DNA of 64,000 nucleotides from Bacteroidales bacterium (GTDB lineage Bacteria; Bacteroidota; Bacteroidia; Bacteroidales; P3): NCBI GenBank assembly GCA_017449975.1, contig JAFSYK010000064.1, positions 27,060 to 91,059 of the forward strand, read 5' to 3'. Shown piece by piece: positions 61,065 to 64,000 of this stretch (position 1 is its first letter; each line of letters starts with the position of its first letter). The notes under the pieces were generated by a model. It saw only the letters and a program-made list of their open reading frames with translations, ran no database searches and was not told where the DNA came from. The position numbers and the translations under genes were made by a program.

Positions 61065-62537
61065 TTACCTAAATTCGTAAATCTTTCGGGTGGGTTCTTC
61101 CTGTTTGGGCCACCAAGGTGCGCGGAGCAGATAGCCGGTGGCGGGCCAGGGGGCTGCGTCGGAAGCCAGTGTGCCGTTAGGGGCAATGAGTATAAACGAG
61201 GGATAGGTGACGACACCCAAGCGATACAGTAGGTCGTAGTGGGCGTTGAAATGCAGGAACAGCCAGTTGTAGCGGGTGCTGTGCTGGTTGTTGTGCAAGA
61301 AATGGTACATCTTTTGTGGCTCACGGTCGCATACGATGCTGAGGAATGCCACGCTGTCGGGGACGGTGCGGAAGATGGTGTCTTGGAAATGGGCCATCGT
61401 CTGCAGCTCGCCTACCGAGTTGGGGTCGTCGACACGCACAAAGGCCACATAGATCCATTTCCCCAGCAGGCTGTCGAGCCGGTGTAATGTGTGGTGCTCG
61501 TCGGGTAGCTCCATCGCCATCAGGTCGGCGACTGCCGCGGGTTGCGGCTCTTGTGCTACAAGGATGTTTTCTATTAGCGTGCGGTGTTCGTCAAACTTGG
61601 TGGCGGAGGCCAGGCTGTTGAACATGATCAACACCTCTTCCGTGGAATAGTACTGCGGCTGGTAATACATCTCGTGGAGCGCCTGGATGGCCGCCAGTTC
61701 GCGTACCCGCTCGTTGCGCAGCAGCGGGTGGTGGCCCAGTAGGTCAAGGAATACGGCGGCATTGCGGGAGGCAAGTGCCAGTGCGAGTTCCGACGTGCTT
61801 ATGTAGCGGCTGCCCGTGGTGATGCTGTGGTCGAAGAGGGTGTAGAAGAACTGCATGAAGTTCTCGTCGTAGTAGGGTATGGCTTGGTCGGCGACATATT
61901 TGTCGTAGAGCTTCTCGCGACGGTTGATGCGCAGCTGCAGCTCGAGCTGTGCCAGTTTATAGGTGCAGTAACGTTGGAAGAAGACCGATTTGTTGGCAAA
62001 ACGGGTGTTGGTGACGGTGCGTCGCAGCGTGTCGAAATAACTGCGGTCGGGACGGTAGCGCTGGTCGAAATAGAGTCGGTGCTGCATGATGACGCTGTCG
62101 CACAGCCGGTCGAATTCGGCGATGGAGAGGTTTAGCTCGTCGTCGGGCAGTTCAGTGAAACGGATGGGTAGCGCCACGGGGTCGAGGAAGACATTGCGTC
62201 GCTCGTCCTGTGCCCAGTCAAACTGGTCGAGGTGCATGTGGTAGGTGCGTCCCGGTTCAACGTAGAACGATTGGCTGTAGCTTTCGATCTGCAGTACGAT
62301 AAGTCGGGGGTAGTTGGCATAGAACGACAGCTGCAGGTGGTCGCTGCTGTCGATGGTTGTGCTGTCAAGCAGTATGGAGCGCTGCGACAGCGGGTCGGCA
62401 TAGCCGTAGAGCATGGCCTTGCGTCCCGCGCCATCGGCAAATACACCTTCGAGCGTGGTATTGTGCCGCTGCGCTTTCGCCGGAAGGAGGAAAACGAAAA
62501 GGTAAAAACTAAAAACTAAAAAGCTTCTGGTTTTCAT
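61065..62537 (-). CDS. secreted protein with C-terminal thioredoxin-fold (TlpA-like, no CxxC) domain
   Basis: Signal peptide MKTRSFLVFSFYLFVFLLPAKAQ. C-terminal VAFLSIVCD...YPSFILIAPNG. Confidence 0.5.
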   Translation of the reverse strand: MKTRSFLVFSFYLFVFLLPAKAQRHNTTLEGVFADGAGRKAMLYGYADPLSQRSILLDSTTIDSSDHLQLSFYANYPRLIVLQIESYSQSFYVEPGRTYHMHLDQFDWAQDERRNVFLDPVALPIRFTELPDDELNLSIAEFDRLCDSVIMQHRLYFDQRYRPDRSYFDTLRRTVTNTRFANKSVFFQRYCTYKLAQLELQLRINRREKLYDKYVADQAIPYYDENFMQFFYTLFDHSITTGSRYISTSELALALASRNAAVFLDLLGHHPLLRNERVRELAAIQALHEMYYQPQYYSTEEVLIMFNSLASATKFDEHRTLIENILVAQEPQPAAVADLMAMELPDEHHTLHRLDSLLGKWIYVAFVRVDDPNSVGELQTMAHFQDTIFRTVPDSVAFLSIVCDREPQKMYHFLHNNQHSTRYNWLFLHFNAHYDLLYRLGVVTYPSFILIAPNGTLASDAAPWPATGYLLRAPWWPKQEEPTRKIYEFR

Positions 62538-62570
62538 ATTGGTCTTATTGGTCCAAAGCTCAACGCTTAA

Positions 62571-64000
62571 TTAAAAGGTATACGTCGCACCCAGCGTGCA
62601 GCGCAGTTTCTGGCTGGGGTAGTTGAGCCAGTATTGGTAACGCTGGCAGGCGATGTTTTCAAGTCGCAGGAAGAAACTGAGCGCGCGGTTGTGGCGGTAC
62701 TCCACCTCGGCGTTGAAGTTGTAGCGCAGGGGCACCGTCTCGGTGATTTTGTATTTCATCGCCGTGGCATCGTAGGCGTAAGCGGCGTTCATCTTGTCGA
62801 TCAGCAGTGATTGGAAATGGATGATCCACTGGTCGTTGTAGTTGACGTGCGTCACCAGGTGGATGCCAAACGCAGGGTGGTAGAGTCCTGGCAGCGGGTC
62901 CTCGTCGAGGCCTGCACCTTTGTAATAGTCGCCACCCAGCGTGATGCTGATCATCTCGTCGTTGACAAAGGTGAGGTCGGCGCTGACCACCATCTGGCTG
63001 AACGACTCGTATTTAGGACGGAACACATTGTTCAGGCTGAAACGGCTGTCCAACTCGTAGGTCATAAAGTCGTGGTAGAGGTTGTAGGAGACCTTGGCGT
63101 TGAGGTGCAGACGTTTGACGAACTTATAGTGTGCTGCAAGATAATAGGTGTAGTGCCGCATGGAACGCACATCGTCTGTGCCCAGCGCCCAGGGGTTGGC
63201 CAGTCGCATCTCGTTCCAGGTGTTGGGTGTGTTGGTGCCCTGTGCGCCAAGGGTGAGCGAAAGACTCTCGTCGGCGAAATGGCGGCTCACAGTAATGTCG
63301 GGCAGCAGGTAGGCCTGTGGGTCTTTGGGTTTGGTGTACTGGTTGATGGACAGCGTGGCACCCAGATGTACATTCATCATGGCCAGCTTCATCGTGGCGT
63401 AGGGGTTGATATTGACCAATGTGCGGTTGCGGGTCTCATTGGTGACCTCGGTCGCCGAAGGGGTGTAGCCAATAGGCAGATGCTGCAGATCCAGTGCATG
63501 GCGATACTGGTACCAGTTCAGCCGCAGGGCGATGCTGGGCGACTGGATTTCCTTGATGTTTCTCAGGTCCAGGCTCCGCGACACGGTGCCACCCAACTCG
63601 ATACCCAGCTCATTGTGACCCTGTGAGCCGATCAGGTCGGCCACCGAAAGGTGGGCGTCGTAGTTCCACGGCGACCTGCTGTTGGGCAGGCTGTGGAAGC
63701 CGCCGCAGAAACGCAGGTAGTTGTAGACGCTGCCGAGGTAGGTGTTCTTGATGCTGTCACGCCAGTCGGCCTCATAGTTGGCGGGCAGACCGTGGCGGTT
63801 GTTCTCGTAGCGGCTGAGCGTGGTGTCGCTGTAGCCGTAGAAGGTGTTAAAGTCATTGTCGTAGTGCAGCGACCCATACAGCTGGTGACGGCTGCTCAGG
63901 TTGTAGCGGCCGAAGAGGTCGACACCGGTCTGTGAATAGTGGTTGCCTCCGTAATATTTTTCCGGCGTGTCTTTGTCGCCGATGAAACCCCACGACGAAT
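62571..64000 (-). CDS. outer-membrane beta-barrel protein (putative porin), N-terminus outside the window
   Basis: Frame stays open upstream of the listed GTG to nt 64000. Alternating Tyr/Gly-rich strands and a C-terminal ...GATYTF. Confidence 0.6.
   Translation of the reverse strand, partial: SSWGFIGDKDTPEKYYGGNHYSQTGVDLFGRYNLSSRHQLYGSLHYDNDFNTFYGYSDTTLSRYENNRHGLPANYEADWRDSIKNTYLGSVYNYLRFCGGFHSLPNSRSPWNYDAHLSVADLIGSQGHNELGIELGGTVSRSLDLRNIKEIQSPSIALRLNWYQYRHALDLQHLPIGYTPSATEVTNETRNRTLVNINPYATMKLAMMNVHLGATLSINQYTKPKDPQAYLLPDITVSRHFADESLSLTLGAQGTNTPNTWNEMRLANPWALGTDDVRSMRHYTYYLAAHYKFVKRLHLNAKVSYNLYHDFMTYELDSRFSLNNVFRPKYESFSQMVVSADLTFVNDEMISITLGGDYYKGAGLDEDPLPGLYHPAFGIHLVTHVNYNDQWIIHFQSLLIDKMNAAYAYDATAMKYKITETVPLRYNFNAEVEYRHNRALSFFLRLENIACQRYQYWLNYPSQKLRCTLGATYTF

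Noticed and set aside
62811-63626. 271-aa plus-strand ORF opposite the OM barrel gene
   Set aside because: This is a shadow ORF. The minus-strand product has beta-barrel periodicity and a C-terminal aromatic residue.

Overview
This is a chromosomal window from a Bacteroidota genome. I infer it is Prevotella-like from the TAnnTTTG -7 promoter boxes, the parA-parB-DUF5683 gene order, and the PUR-alpha-like, DUF4143 and AAA-ATPase/PD-(D/E)XK genes. The GC-rich core carries housekeeping genes: alaS 3' part, tgt, two GT2 glycosyltransferases, sigma factors, tRNA-Arg, a kdd-like dehydrogenase, Y-family polymerase plus YolD, dnaB, a deoxyhypusine-synthase-like gene, parAB, exbBD-tonB, a DMT transporter, tRNA-Glu, yebC, SulP, truA, prmA, a type IA topoisomerase and an OM barrel. 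Two visibly AT-rich accessory blocks interrupt this core, and neither contains an integrase, transposase, phage or conjugation gene. Block 1 (about 24.8-32.2 kb, minus strand) is an operon of small unknown proteins. It includes a 3-4 member tandem paralog family, a polytopic membrane protein, a classical AAA+ ATPase and an ACP-like protein lacking the carrier serine, followed by an ABC-type ATPase plus a Sel1-repeat protein. Block 2 (about 38.1-56.4 kb, plus strand) is the headline candidate for an undescribed system. It is a tightly packed operon built on a SrfB-like Hsp70/actin-fold ATPase (1013 aa), a SrfC-like dynamin-type P-loop protein (935 aa) and a second GTPase with N-terminal YxxYLxxxP repeats. 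It also encodes a membrane-anchored papain-like protease, an InlB-B-repeat single-pass membrane protein and several more membrane or secreted proteins, and it ends in three cassette-like genes that each follow the same junction motif. Both blocks are headed, in opposite orientation, by diverged copies of one promoter plus a roughly 250-290 nt structured leader with compensatory stem changes. Core intergenic spacers are filled with a small vocabulary of A/T-rich tandem or dispersed words that sometimes extend into coding sequence. All functional calls rest on motifs read by eye; no database search was run.
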